A DNA stretch of 64,000 bases from NCBI GenBank assembly GCA_023227835.1, contig JALOCI010000003.1, forward strand, positions 54,520 to 118,519, read 5' to 3'. The notes beneath the pieces are model-generated. The model searched no databases and was not told where the DNA came from. It was given only the letters and a program-made list of their open reading frames with translations. The translations under genes and the position numbers were made by a program. The DNA is from Bacteroidales bacterium. GTDB lineage: Bacteria > Bacteroidota > Bacteroidia > Bacteroidales > UBA932. Below are positions 28,280 through 38,726 of the stretch, piece after piece (position 1 is the stretch's first letter; each line of letters opens with the position of its first letter).

Positions 28280-31200
28280 ATGAAAATAATTGACTTCATT
28301 CATCTAAGGCCATTATTGTGTCGTGCCAGAACAAAATGTTTTGTCATAACGTTTTGCCTTACTTGCTTCTTCGCATTACCTTCTCTTGCTCAAAGCCAGA
28401 GATATTCGGGAATTTTTAAAAATGAAAATGTCCGTGTCGTACTAGAATCTGTACAAAAAAGTACCGGAGTTAAATTTGTATATAACGCGGCTTTGATTAA
28501 CAACAGCACTATTGTAACCATCACTGCAGAAAATGAGACTGTTGACAACTTTTTACGACGTGTCCTTAATCCACTGGGACTAGAGATTATATGGCATGAT
28601 GGTGTTGCTGTAATCAGACGCAAGAATGTTAACAATAGCAAAAAAATCAACATATCAGGATACGTGACTGATACTGAAAAAGAGCCCCTGGCGGGAGTTA
28701 ATGTTGTTGTAGCAGGAACTGCTATCGGTGTTATGACAGACTCTCAGGGTAAATATGTTATATCGGCCAATCCGGATTGTGTCATGAAATTCAGCTTCAT
28801 TGGTATGGAGTCACAATTCGTTCCTTGTAACAATCGTGAAATAATAGATGTTGTAATGAAGGAAGATATGATGGTTATGCAAGATGCTGTAGTTACAGGT
28901 TATCAGACGATAAACCGCAATCACTTGACCTCTGCCATCACATCTATAAAAATGGATGATATTAAAACCCCCGGAGTAACTACCCTTGACCAGATGCTTG
29001 AAGGACGTATTCCCGGTATGATATTTATGAAAAATTCAGGTCAGGTCGGTGCTGCTCCAAAATTACGTATACGAGGTACTTCAACTATTCTGGGAAACCG
29101 CGAACCACTTTGGGTTCTAGACGGAATTGTCTTAGCAGATCCGGTAAATGTAGATCCGCAGCAGATTAACGACCCTGACTTTGTAAATTTGTTGGGAAAT
29201 GCCATTTCCGGTCTAAACCCAGATGACATTGAGCAAATCGATGTACTGAAAGATGCCTCAGCAACTGCACTTTATGGAGCAAAAGCAGGTAATGGTGTTA
29301 TTGTAATCTCCACAAAAAAAGGTAAATCAGGGAGACCTTCAATCTCATATTCCGGAACAACTACATACACACGTCGTCCTCAATACTCCGACCGTTCTAT
29401 CTATATGATGAACTCTGCAGAGAGGATGGATGTATCAAAAGAACTTGTGGACCGTAAGATGTACTACAACAATATATCTCAATGGTCTGGTTATGAGCAA
29501 GCCCTTCAAGATTACTACAGAGGTAAAATCACCTATGCTGAATTCAAGAGCCAGAGTGACTACTATGCATCAATAAATACCAATTGGCTTGGAATGTTAT
29601 GCAGAAATGCAATCTCACACAACCATACATTGAGCCTTTCGGGAGGAACCGCCAACATCAAGTATTATGCATCACTAGGTTACTCTAATGAGAATGGAGT
29701 TATAAAAAACGAAAAGAGTAACAGGTACTCAACAACACTTAATGTAACAGCAAATTACGACAAGTTCAATGTTCAGTTCTCCTTATTGGGAAACTATTCT
29801 GAAAGAGTCTATATTCCTGCAGATTTGGGTATTATGAACTATGCATACAATATGAGTAGGACGATGCCTGCATATAATGAAGATGGGAGTCCTTTTTACT
29901 ATCCCAAAGCGAATACAACAGGAATGATTATTTATAATTATAATATTATGAATGAGATTAATAATTGTGAGGATTCATCCACAGGAAACGGATTGAACAT
30001 GCGTACCCAGATTCGCTATAACGTACTACCATCTTTGAATATTGACGGGTTGCTCTCATATGGTATCACAAACAATACAAGAGAAACATATTATACCAAA
30101 AACTCATATTATGTATTCAACTTGAGAGGAGACCAAACGGAGCGTTGGGATCAATGTCCGGTAGGCGGGGAATTTAGCCGTAATGAGAGCACTAATCATA
30201 GTTATACAGCCAGATTACAGGCAAATTACTCTAAATTGTTCGGAACACATCAGAGTCACCTGGTATCCGCTTCAGCTGGTATTGAGGTAAAATCTAACGA
30301 GAATAAAGCATTTGATCTTACACGCAGAGGTTATTTCAATGAATTTGGTGGGTATTTCGATGCTGTCCCTACAAAATACAGCGGCTATTACAGTCAATGG
30401 ATGTCGACCAAGAAAGCGCTCGGCATCAATACACGCCAACTCAACAATGAATTGTCATGGTATGCCACAGCCGGATACGGGTGGAAAGACAGATATATAT
30501 TCAATGTGCATATTAGAGGTGAGCAATCTAATCTGTTCGGTTCCAGGGCAAATAGTGAGTTTATGCCGATATGGGCTGTATCAGGGCGTTGGAATATGAA
30601 AAAAGATCTGTTGAAAGAGGTTTCATGGATTGATGATATAGCCATGCGTGCATCTTGGGGATGGCAGGGTAATATGCTGCCGGGACAAACTTCTCGCATG
30701 ATCATGCAGATGTCAACTCTTAACAATCCAATATTTAATTCAGGATATGCAACTATATCAAAATATCCAAACCCGGATTTGAGGTGGGAACGAACTTCCT
30801 CAAGCAACCTTTCTGTTGATTTTGCTTTATTTCAAAATAAAGTAAGAGGTTCAGTCTCATATTTTTATAAGCATACCCGCGATGCCTTTCTTACAAAAAC
30901 AATATCTGAAATCAACGGTATAAATCAATATGTAGTCAATGGTGGTACTCTTGAAAACCAGGGTTTTGAATTGGCTCTTAGTTTCACTCCGATAGATAAC
31001 GCAAATCTTGGAGGCTCTTCCCGTGGGTTTGTGTGGCGAGTTGATCCCCAAATAGGTCAGGTATTGAATAAAGTATTGAATCGTGCTATAAATAATAAGA
31101 CCCACATTTTGCGTGATGAGGTGACATACAATGATTTCCTGAGCGGAAATATTGAGTTGGCCGGTAAACCAATAAGCACCTTCTACTCCTATCGATACAA

Positions 31201-31897
31201 AGGACTAAGTCCTGTAGATGGCTCTCCTGTTTTTTATGGGTCGGAGAATGAATTATCTGCAGAATATATGTTGAAATACTCACAGATGAAACGTGAGGAT
31301 GTATATATGGCTGTTATGGAGGAATCTGGAACACGTGAGCCGTATATCCAGGGTGGTATATCAAACTACTTCGGCTACCGTAATTTTGGTTTGTCATTTA
31401 ATCTGACCTACTCTTTGGGCAACAAAATAAGACTTATGAAAATTTGTTCAGGATATGCCTCAAATATAATTTATCCTCAGCAGAACTTACGTAAGGAGTT
31501 CACAAAACGTTGGAGAAAACCGGGAGATGAGGCATATACTGATATTCCGGGATTGAGTGCAAGCAATACAGTAAACTCTCCATGGTGGAATGTTTATCCT
31601 GCAACTCAATATTCTTTCGGAGGGACAGTGTACGATATGTACGACAATTCAAACCTGCGTGTAGTAAGTGGAGACTATCTGAAACTGCAATCCCTGTCAT
31701 TCCGTTACAATATAGCAGAGAACATTGCGAAGAAAATGGGTGTGCAGTCTGCATATATAAGCCTTTCTGGCACAAATTTATTCACGATCTGTAATAAAAG
31801 ACTGAAAGGCCAGGATCCGACACAATCCGGTTCTACACCTAACATCAACCTCTCTGAACGACCAACATTTTCACTAAATATCAATTTCACATTATAA
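28280..31897 (+). CDS. SusC/RagA-family TonB-dependent transducer (STN + CarboxypepD_reg + plug + barrel)
   Basis: 1205 aa with a signal peptide, an N-terminal STN signalling domain (VRVVLESVQKSTGVKFVYNA...) and a carboxypeptidase-regulatory-like domain (ISGYVTDTEKEPLAGVNVVV). The TonB-box/plug region reads DAVVTGYQT and IEQIDVLKDASATALYGAKAGNGVIVISTKKG. Confidence 0.9.
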   Translation: MKIIDFIHLRPLLCRARTKCFVITFCLTCFFALPSLAQSQRYSGIFKNENVRVVLESVQKSTGVKFVYNAALINNSTIVTITAENETVDNFLRRVLNPLGLEIIWHDGVAVIRRKNVNNSKKINISGYVTDTEKEPLAGVNVVVAGTAIGVMTDSQGKYVISANPDCVMKFSFIGMESQFVPCNNREIIDVVMKEDMMVMQDAVVTGYQTINRNHLTSAITSIKMDDIKTPGVTTLDQMLEGRIPGMIFMKNSGQVGAAPKLRIRGTSTILGNREPLWVLDGIVLADPVNVDPQQINDPDFVNLLGNAISGLNPDDIEQIDVLKDASATALYGAKAGNGVIVISTKKGKSGRPSISYSGTTTYTRRPQYSDRSIYMMNSAERMDVSKELVDRKMYYNNISQWSGYEQALQDYYRGKITYAEFKSQSDYYASINTNWLGMLCRNAISHNHTLSLSGGTANIKYYASLGYSNENGVIKNEKSNRYSTTLNVTANYDKFNVQFSLLGNYSERVYIPADLGIMNYAYNMSRTMPAYNEDGSPFYYPKANTTGMIIYNYNIMNEINNCEDSSTGNGLNMRTQIRYNVLPSLNIDGLLSYGITNNTRETYYTKNSYYVFNLRGDQTERWDQCPVGGEFSRNESTNHSYTARLQANYSKLFGTHQSHLVSASAGIEVKSNENKAFDLTRRGYFNEFGGYFDAVPTKYSGYYSQWMSTKKALGINTRQLNNELSWYATAGYGWKDRYIFNVHIRGEQSNLFGSRANSEFMPIWAVSGRWNMKKDLLKEVSWIDDIAMRASWGWQGNMLPGQTSRMIMQMSTLNNPIFNSGYATISKYPNPDLRWERTSSSNLSVDFALFQNKVRGSVSYFYKHTRDAFLTKTISEINGINQYVVNGGTLENQGFELALSFTPIDNANLGGSSRGFVWRVDPQIGQVLNKVLNRAINNKTHILRDEVTYNDFLSGNIELAGKPISTFYSYRYKGLSPVDGSPVFYGSENELSAEYMLKYSQMKREDVYMAVMEESGTREPYIQGGISNYFGYRNFGLSFNLTYSLGNKIRLMKICSGYASNIIYPQQNLRKEFTKRWRKPGDEAYTDIPGLSASNTVNSPWWNVYPATQYSFGGTVYDMYDNSNLRVVSGDYLKLQSLSFRYNIAENIAKKMGVQSAYISLSGTNLFTICNKRLKGQDPTQSGSTPNINLSERPTFSLNINFTL

Positions 31898-31910
31898 AGG
31901 TTTGTCTGAT

Positions 31911-33506
31911 ATGAAGAAATTTACATTATATATTCTTGTGTCAATCTTATTGACATCATGCAGCAATTTTCTGGAAGAATACTCGACGGATTTAAGGTAT
32001 TGCGAAACAGCCCAAGATCTCGAATATCTTATGATTGGCGAAGCTTTTCTCAATACTCCATCACTATCTGTATATAATCAAGCCACTATGAGTAAAGTTA
32101 ATCTCGAAGGATTGGTTAGTAGCTACAACTATCCGTGGCTTCATGTAATGGATGATGATGCCGAGGTTTTTGTTTGGGACAATGTTGCCGTTGACCAGGA
32201 AACCCCGCTCTATAAATTAAGTGGATTACATAACTGGTCTAACTCTCCATTTATGGATGTTTTTTCGAAAAAGTGGGAAGATACCCAATGGGAAAAAATG
32301 TATAAAAAAATAGGAGCCCTCAACTCAATTATCTTTCAGGCAACACAACTATCAGATAAAAAGGGGATAGATAAAGTATTGTTATCACACATAACCGGCG
32401 AAGCATATTTCCTGCGTGCCTTTTATTATTTCTACCTGAACAATATATATGGACTGCCCTACTCTATGGCAACGGCTTCATCAGATTTTGGGGTTCCATT
32501 AAAAACAACCGAGGTAGTTGAGGTAAAATATTTTTCACGTGCAACTAATGAAGAGGTGTACAACCAAATTATCTCTGACCTGGAACAGGCTGCCACTAAC
32601 TTGGAGGGATATACACCTGATAAAAAGATTCGTGTAGGGATTGGTGCCGTCAGGGCTTTTCAAAGTCGTGTCTACCTGTATATGGAAAGATATGATGAAG
32701 CCATCAAGGCAGCAGAAGAGATCGACAAAATGAGCTATGCCCTTCTAGACCTTAATGCTGTAGCACCCAAATCCAGTTCAACGTTCTACTCTTCAACTGA
32801 GACAATATTTACTGTCAGTGGTAATGAAATCCCGGTCGTTTTCATGAACGATTCGCTCTCTGCATGGAATGGCAATGATAACCGCGTATCTGCCTTCAAG
32901 GCTTCCAACAACTTGATGGACAAATATCAGCCAGGTGATCTGCGAATGACTAAATTCTTTTATGCTTCAGCTAAAAACAGGGCACCTATCCCCGGGAAAT
33001 ATACAACTTGGAAAACCTACAATGATCCTGAGGTTGTATCATCAGTCTTTGCAATCAGATATCCAGAGGTTATCTTAAACCGCGCTGAGGCTTTAGCTAT
33101 GCTTGGAAGAACCGAGGATGCACGCCAGGCTCTAAATAAGTTACGCATAAAACGCTTTGCTTCTGGAGCAATGAGTGATGTACCTTCAACAGAAAGTGAA
33201 CTGGTTTCATTTATTCGTGATGAAAGACGTCGTGAACTCTGCTTTGAAGGACACCGTTGGTTTGATCTGCGTCGTTATGCAGTAAACAGCAAGTATCCAC
33301 TCGACAAAAACTTTGTTATTCGCCACCCATCATACTCATACGATGAAAATTCAAAAATGAATTACCTGACAGGGTATTTTGAATTGGAATCTTATGATAA
33401 GGATAAAGCTGCATGGGTAGTCCCTGTTCCCGACTATGTAATATCATATAACAGGGGTTCTATTAAAAATTTGGAACGGAAAACACGTAACCTGATTAAA
33501 TATTAA
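31911..33506 (+). CDS. SusD/RagB-family outer-membrane lipoprotein
   Basis: Lipobox LLTSC. The C-terminal signature ERRRELCFEGHRWFDLRR is typical of the SusD family. Lies immediately downstream of susC. Confidence 0.9.
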   Translation: MKKFTLYILVSILLTSCSNFLEEYSTDLRYCETAQDLEYLMIGEAFLNTPSLSVYNQATMSKVNLEGLVSSYNYPWLHVMDDDAEVFVWDNVAVDQETPLYKLSGLHNWSNSPFMDVFSKKWEDTQWEKMYKKIGALNSIIFQATQLSDKKGIDKVLLSHITGEAYFLRAFYYFYLNNIYGLPYSMATASSDFGVPLKTTEVVEVKYFSRATNEEVYNQIISDLEQAATNLEGYTPDKKIRVGIGAVRAFQSRVYLYMERYDEAIKAAEEIDKMSYALLDLNAVAPKSSSTFYSSTETIFTVSGNEIPVVFMNDSLSAWNGNDNRVSAFKASNNLMDKYQPGDLRMTKFFYASAKNRAPIPGKYTTWKTYNDPEVVSSVFAIRYPEVILNRAEALAMLGRTEDARQALNKLRIKRFASGAMSDVPSTESELVSFIRDERRRELCFEGHRWFDLRRYAVNSKYPLDKNFVIRHPSYSYDENSKMNYLTGYFELESYDKDKAAWVVPVPDYVISYNRGSIKNLERKTRNLIKY

Positions 33507-33509
33507 GAT

Positions 33510-34439
33510 ATGAAAAGATTAAGTATAATAACTCTGGCTCTTGTGATTTTTTGTACATCATGCCAAAAAGAAGAGGTAACTAAGTTTCCGGATTATGATA
33601 AGGATTGGTTCGTTTTAGTGGACAATCCTTCTGATCCGGCCGACCATGCAGCATATCAATTTTATAAGGAATTCGGAATTCCCGTATTCTATAATGACAC
33701 AATCGGTGTTCAGGAAAGAGTTGACGTTTGGGGAAATAAGTATATGCATTATGAGCTGCTTTCGTTGAATTATTCTATGGGTGGAATGGCTACTTCAACC
33801 AGCTCCCCTACTATCAGTTCCCTGACATACTGCTCAAAACAGAGTGTGCCGAGTGCTCTCAGCTATCTTAAAGAGAATATCATGCCTCTTATCCCGAAGG
33901 CAATTCACATACACAGCTTTTTTCTTGTAGAGAGTATGAGTAGCCAGTCATTTGGCAACGCTGCTTTCAAAGGTATGAATACATTGGTTGTTGCCTCAGC
34001 ATCAAAACTATCAACCATGACCGATGATCAAAAGAAAAAATTCAATGGTGCTGTATTACGTGCTGCCCTGTCAGATTATATCATCAATCAAGGACGTTTT
34101 GACACTGAACTCGAAAAATTTTATAAAGTATCTACTGTTTTGTGTCCGACAAAAAATATTTACGGGCTATACACCTATTATTTAAGTTCTTCATACATCA
34201 CAGGTCTGCCGGCAGGTGTTCCGATAAATATCAATACCGTAGGATTCCTTTCGACCGATCCAGTCAGCACCTATTACACTCCAACCAGCACTTGGATGGA
34301 TGTGAATATGTATTTGGAAGCCATTCTCTCCGGGCCTCAAGAAGAATTCATAGCCAAGTACGGAACATTTGCCAACATTATGACCAAATATGGAATTATA
34401 AAGAACATCCTTCAAGAAACAGGTATAAATCTTAAATAA
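33510..34439 (+). CDS. hypothetical lipoprotein (SusE/F-position gene)
   Basis: Lipobox IFCTSC. Starts 3 nt after the susD stop. No family recognised by eye. Confidence 0.65.
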   Translation: MKRLSIITLALVIFCTSCQKEEVTKFPDYDKDWFVLVDNPSDPADHAAYQFYKEFGIPVFYNDTIGVQERVDVWGNKYMHYELLSLNYSMGGMATSTSSPTISSLTYCSKQSVPSALSYLKENIMPLIPKAIHIHSFFLVESMSSQSFGNAAFKGMNTLVVASASKLSTMTDDQKKKFNGAVLRAALSDYIINQGRFDTELEKFYKVSTVLCPTKNIYGLYTYYLSSSYITGLPAGVPININTVGFLSTDPVSTYYTPTSTWMDVNMYLEAILSGPQEEFIAKYGTFANIMTKYGIIKNILQETGINLK

Positions 34440-34454
34440 AAACATAAATATAAA

Positions 34455-35819
34455 ATGAAAAAAATTTTTTTAATAGCACTTTGTGTTATTATGGGACCCG
34501 TAACCATTGCCTCTGCCCAGAACTCCATACTGAAGGGCTCTTTCAAACGAATTGCCTATCAGAACGTACTATGTGATGATATTCATGTATACCTTATGGA
34601 TAGGGGCCAAATGAAACCTGTATTGGAAAATTTAATGAAGAAGGGTGCGTATACCTTCCAATTTGGAATCGGCCCCGATCAAAATATGTTCAATAAGATT
34701 TGCTATGTAGGAACTAATGGAGAATATTTTCCAGTTTATATTTCTCCGGACAATACAGTAGAAATTAATGTCGAAAACAGCAAAATAAATTTTGCAGGCA
34801 AACTCAACAAGGAAAACCAGGTAATTGCCAACTATTATAAAATCATCAGCCCATTGCACGAAATGATGTACACTAACAAAGCCAGGGCAGTGAGTGAAGA
34901 TGAAATTGCCAAGGTAATAAACGAGATAACTCCTCAGGCATTGAATTTTGTGAAACAAATCAAAACCGGCAATGTCAATTTTGACTCTTACATGAGATTT
35001 ATGTTGCCTTACAGTCTGCAGAATGATGTACTGCAGTTATATGCTCAAGGACGTTCATTCCCGAATGGGGCTTATCCTGAATATCTCAAAAAACTTTTTT
35101 CTACGGATAATTTTAATTCCATGAAAATTCTGGATCTTCCCTTTGGCTACGACCTGATGTTGATGTACGGCTTTGCCAAAGAGTGTATTGGCAATAAACG
35201 AATGGGGACGGGTGTAACTTTTGCAATCGAGAGCATTTCATGCAAAGAGTTGAAAGGTGAAGTGGCACTATGGGGTATGGAGAATAATTGTATAAATGAA
35301 GATCTGAATGTTTTCTCAGAAAAATACAAAGAATTCCTTGTCACAAAGGAGCAAAAAGAGCGTTTTGAAAAGTTTTATAGAATATTGTCTCTTAGAAAGG
35401 TTGGCGGTAACTGGGTGGATTTTTCATATCCGGACATTGACAACGTACAACGAAAGCTTTCTGACTATAAAGGCAAAGTTGTTGTAATAGACGTTTGGGC
35501 TTCATGGTGTGCTCCATGCCGCGCAGAATTTCCAAGCCTGAGAAAACTTGAAGAGGAGTTACAAGGCAAAGATGTAGTATTTATCGGTCTTTCACTCGAT
35601 ACAAAACACAAAGATTGGGAAGATATGGTGAAGAAAGAGAATTTACTCGGAGTCCAATTATATACCAATCGTGAGGGTGTAATCGTCAACGATTACAAAG
35701 TTGAAGCGGTACCTCAGTTCATTGTATTCTCAAAAGAGGGCAAGACAGTTGCCTTTGATGCACCAAGACCATCCAGCCCTAAGCTTAAGGAGATTATAGA
35801 AACTGAATTAAAGAAATAG
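34455..35819 (+). CDS. exported TlpA/redoxin-family thiol-disulfide oxidoreductase with long N-terminal extension
   Basis: Signal peptide MKKIFLIALCVIMGPVTIASAQN. The C-terminal redoxin domain reads GKVVVIDVWASWCAPCRAEFPSL, with the CxxC codons at 35508..35519. Confidence 0.85.
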   Translation: MKKIFLIALCVIMGPVTIASAQNSILKGSFKRIAYQNVLCDDIHVYLMDRGQMKPVLENLMKKGAYTFQFGIGPDQNMFNKICYVGTNGEYFPVYISPDNTVEINVENSKINFAGKLNKENQVIANYYKIISPLHEMMYTNKARAVSEDEIAKVINEITPQALNFVKQIKTGNVNFDSYMRFMLPYSLQNDVLQLYAQGRSFPNGAYPEYLKKLFSTDNFNSMKILDLPFGYDLMLMYGFAKECIGNKRMGTGVTFAIESISCKELKGEVALWGMENNCINEDLNVFSEKYKEFLVTKEQKERFEKFYRILSLRKVGGNWVDFSYPDIDNVQRKLSDYKGKVVVIDVWASWCAPCRAEFPSLRKLEEELQGKDVVFIGLSLDTKHKDWEDMVKKENLLGVQLYTNREGVIVNDYKVEAVPQFIVFSKEGKTVAFDAPRPSSPKLKEIIETELKK

Positions 35820-35821
35820 AT

Positions 35822-36904
35822 ATGAAACGCACAATCGCATTAATATTATTTATGGGTTCCATTTTGTTCAACTACAGCCTGATGGCTCAGGAAAAAGGAA
35901 CCAAATTTGAACATATAAGTGTAAAAGAGGCTATTGCCAAGGCATCAGCCAGTAAGAAGATGATTTTTATTGACTGTTATACAAAGTGGTGTGGTCCTTG
36001 TGCTAAAATGGCGACGCAGATCTTCCCGCTGGAGGAGTGTGCCAACTATTTTAATCCCAAATTTGTTTGTCTGAAAGTTGATATGGAGGTGGGTGAAGGA
36101 ATAGAACTCATGAAGAAGTTCGATGTAAAGGCATTCCCTACATTCCTTATTTTGGATTCTAAGGGGAGAGAATTAAACCGTATTGTAGGCGGAGCGGAAA
36201 ATGCATCTTCATTCATAAAACGTGTAGAAGAGGCTTTGAATCCTGAAAATTCACTGGTTGGATTAAAAAAGGCTTATGAGACAGACAAAACGATGGCAAA
36301 TGGCATCAAATATATAAAGGTCATGATGGAGTACGGAAAAGATACCGGTCCTGTTTTGGACAGCGTATATAATAATGCCGGTGACTTTGAACGCTACAAC
36401 ACAGAATTTATGCAACTTTTCTTCAGTGAACTGGATTACAGAAGCGAACGTTTCGACAGGCTAATGCTTGATAAGCCTTACCTAAACCGCGCTTTGGGCA
36501 CAGAAAATGTCAATTGGATGATTTTCAATTTGTACCGAAAAGGGATGTATCTCGTTGCTGCAGAACGTCCGCATAACTATACTGTAGAGGATGTACGTAA
36601 AGCCGCTTTGCTCACATCATTGTTGGATATGCCTATGGATGAAGCAGAAAAACATATTAGTATTATTGCCCTGTTTGTTATTCAGAAAGACTATGATGGG
36701 ATGATTAGATATTATGATCATTATGTTTGGAATTTGCCTAATGGGGCTTATAAGGGAATTCTTAACGGATTTTTGAGTAGTAAAGTTTCTAAGTTTTCTC
36801 CTGAGCAACGTAAGGCAGTAAAGGCTTACTTTGAGAAAGCAGCTAAAAACTACGGATATGAAGCGAGTCAATACTCCAATGCGCTAAGCAGTATGAAAGA
36901 ATAG
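35822..36904 (+). CDS. exported thioredoxin-fold protein (WCGPC) with C-terminal helical domain
   Basis: Signal peptide ending LMAQE. IFIDCYTKWCGPCAKM carries the CGPC codons at 35990..36001. AFPTFLILD provides the cis-Pro region. Confidence 0.8.
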   Translation: MKRTIALILFMGSILFNYSLMAQEKGTKFEHISVKEAIAKASASKKMIFIDCYTKWCGPCAKMATQIFPLEECANYFNPKFVCLKVDMEVGEGIELMKKFDVKAFPTFLILDSKGRELNRIVGGAENASSFIKRVEEALNPENSLVGLKKAYETDKTMANGIKYIKVMMEYGKDTGPVLDSVYNNAGDFERYNTEFMQLFFSELDYRSERFDRLMLDKPYLNRALGTENVNWMIFNLYRKGMYLVAAERPHNYTVEDVRKAALLTSLLDMPMDEAEKHISIIALFVIQKDYDGMIRYYDHYVWNLPNGAYKGILNGFLSSKVSKFSPEQRKAVKAYFEKAAKNYGYEASQYSNALSSMKE

Positions 36905-37021
36905 TCTAGTAAGTAAAATACTCTTAGCTGAATTCCCGGAGCGGTTTTGGAGTTTGAATTTCCGAGGCCGCTCCTTTGCTAAATATAGATTAAAATATAA
37001 CTCATATTTTATTACAAACAG

Positions 37022-38698
37022 ATGAAAAAAATTTTATTGTTAACTACCTTTTTGCTTGTATTCGCCTCTATATCCGCTCAGGACAAGATGCTGGACCTTT
37101 TAAAAGAAGAACTTAAAAGCCAGATGGCTACTCTTCAAAAGGGGGAGTATCCTCCTTACTATATGAATTACAGGGTAATTGATAATTACACCCGTGTTAT
37201 TAAATCTTCCATGGGAGGAATTAATACAGTTGAAGAGGATAAACAGGTTATATTTGTACCTCAGGTTAGAATAGGATCTCCCGATTTCGACAATTTCCAT
37301 GAAATAGAAAGTGGGGCTTCTGCCATTAGCTATGGTGGGCGATCTTCTGTCTTGTTACCAATTGATATAGAAAACAGTCAGGATGCGTTTAAGGAGATTA
37401 TGCGAGAGGAGGTCAACAACCGCTATAAAGTAGCAAAAATAAATTACGAAAGTGCAATTGCAAAGAAAGGTGTTCAGAGGGATAATGAAGATACCTCTCC
37501 GGATTTTACAGCTGCTGAAGCGGAGAAATATTATGAACCGCCTCTTAAGAATAATCAAATCGCATTTGATATAGATCTATGGAAAAAGAGACTGAATAAA
37601 TACTCAGCTTTTCTCGCAGAAAACAAAGATATAATTTATGCCAACGCCATTCTATCCTTTGAAATATGGAGAAAATACTTTGTATCTACTGAAGGGGCAG
37701 AAATAGTTGAAAACAGGGTATACATTCTTTTAACTATAAGTGGATCCTCCATGGCTGAAGACGGAATGGAACTGCCATTGAATATAAGCTATATGGCATT
37801 TACTCTGGATGAACTTCCTTCCGAAGCAATAATCAAGAAAGATATAAAAGCAATGTCTGCGAAACTTTCCGAGCTGAAGGTTGCCCCACTTGTTCAGCCG
37901 TTTTCAGGGCCGGCTTTATTATCCGGTTCCGCTAGCGGAGTTTTCTTTCATGAAATATTTGGGCATAGGGTCGAGGGACAAAAGATGAAGAGTGACTCAG
38001 ACGGCCAGACATTTAAAAAAATGGTCGGGGATTATGTACTCCCTAAAAACCTTAGTGTCTATATGGATCCTACAATGCAAAGATATCACGGTCATCCGCT
38101 TAACGGATACTATATCTTTGATGAACAAGGTGTAAGAGGAGAGCGTGTAGAGGTTGTAAAAGACGGAAAGTTGGAAAACTTTTTGATGACCAGAACCGGA
38201 ATTACAGGATTCAACAAATCGAACGGTCATGCCAGAGCTGAATTTGAGTATGATCCCACATCCCGCCAATCAAACTTGATAGTAGAAACGAACGAATATA
38301 AAAGTGAAGCTGAACTGAGAAAGCTGTTAATTAACGAAGCAAAAAAACAAGGTAAGGATTATGGGTATTATATTAAATCTGTTACCGGTGGTTTCACCCA
38401 GATAGCAAGATCTGTTACGAATTCATTCAACGTGACTCCACTTGAAGTATATAAGATTTATGTTGATGGTAGAAAAGACGAACTGGTAAGGGGTGTAGAT
38501 ATGATTGGCACTCCCCTCTCAATGTTCTCTAATATTGAATATGCCGGCGGAGATTTCGAGGTATTTACCGGAATTTGTGGTGCCACATCAGGAAATGTTC
38601 CTGTTACGGCTGTTTCACCAACAATTCTTGTAAATAAGGTAGAACTGCAAAAAAAAGCAAAACCGACTGTAACACCGGCAATATTGCAACGCCCCTGA
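37022..38698 (+). CDS. exported TldD-like metallopeptidase (TldD/PmbA family, catalytic-type subunit)
   Basis: Signal peptide MKKILLLTTFLLVFASISAQD. HExxxH is retained in GVFFHEIFGHRVEG (37949..37966). The C-terminal FTGICGATSGNVPV resembles the TldD C-terminal region (WTCGKEQYCPVSCG in the cytoplasmic copy). 558 aa versus 474 aa for the cytoplasmic TldD. Confidence 0.8.
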   Translation: MKKILLLTTFLLVFASISAQDKMLDLLKEELKSQMATLQKGEYPPYYMNYRVIDNYTRVIKSSMGGINTVEEDKQVIFVPQVRIGSPDFDNFHEIESGASAISYGGRSSVLLPIDIENSQDAFKEIMREEVNNRYKVAKINYESAIAKKGVQRDNEDTSPDFTAAEAEKYYEPPLKNNQIAFDIDLWKKRLNKYSAFLAENKDIIYANAILSFEIWRKYFVSTEGAEIVENRVYILLTISGSSMAEDGMELPLNISYMAFTLDELPSEAIIKKDIKAMSAKLSELKVAPLVQPFSGPALLSGSASGVFFHEIFGHRVEGQKMKSDSDGQTFKKMVGDYVLPKNLSVYMDPTMQRYHGHPLNGYYIFDEQGVRGERVEVVKDGKLENFLMTRTGITGFNKSNGHARAEFEYDPTSRQSNLIVETNEYKSEAELRKLLINEAKKQGKDYGYYIKSVTGGFTQIARSVTNSFNVTPLEVYKIYVDGRKDELVRGVDMIGTPLSMFSNIEYAGGDFEVFTGICGATSGNVPVTAVSPTILVNKVELQKKAKPTVTPAILQRP

Positions 38699-38726
38699 TA
38701 AGAATCGATTATTTAATATTTAAGAA

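Noticed and set aside
34142-34435. A 97-aa plus-strand ORF in an alternative frame inside the SusE/F-position lipoprotein gene, and an 84-aa minus-strand ORF at 34191..34445.
   Set aside because: Both are wholly embedded in the 309-aa lipoprotein ORF. That ORF has a proper lipobox and is tightly coupled to susD. The embedded products are Arg/His/Ser-rich with no signal or motif.
36938-36974. The hairpin GGAGCGG...CCGCTCC between the thioredoxin gene and the TldD-like gene, considered as a terminator splitting the SusCD locus into two units.
   Set aside because: It has only a 7-bp stem with a 23-nt loop and a short T-tract, far weaker than the 10-bp and 14-bp terminators elsewhere in the window. 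I treat it as at most a partial attenuator. It is kept as a caveat in the main finding.
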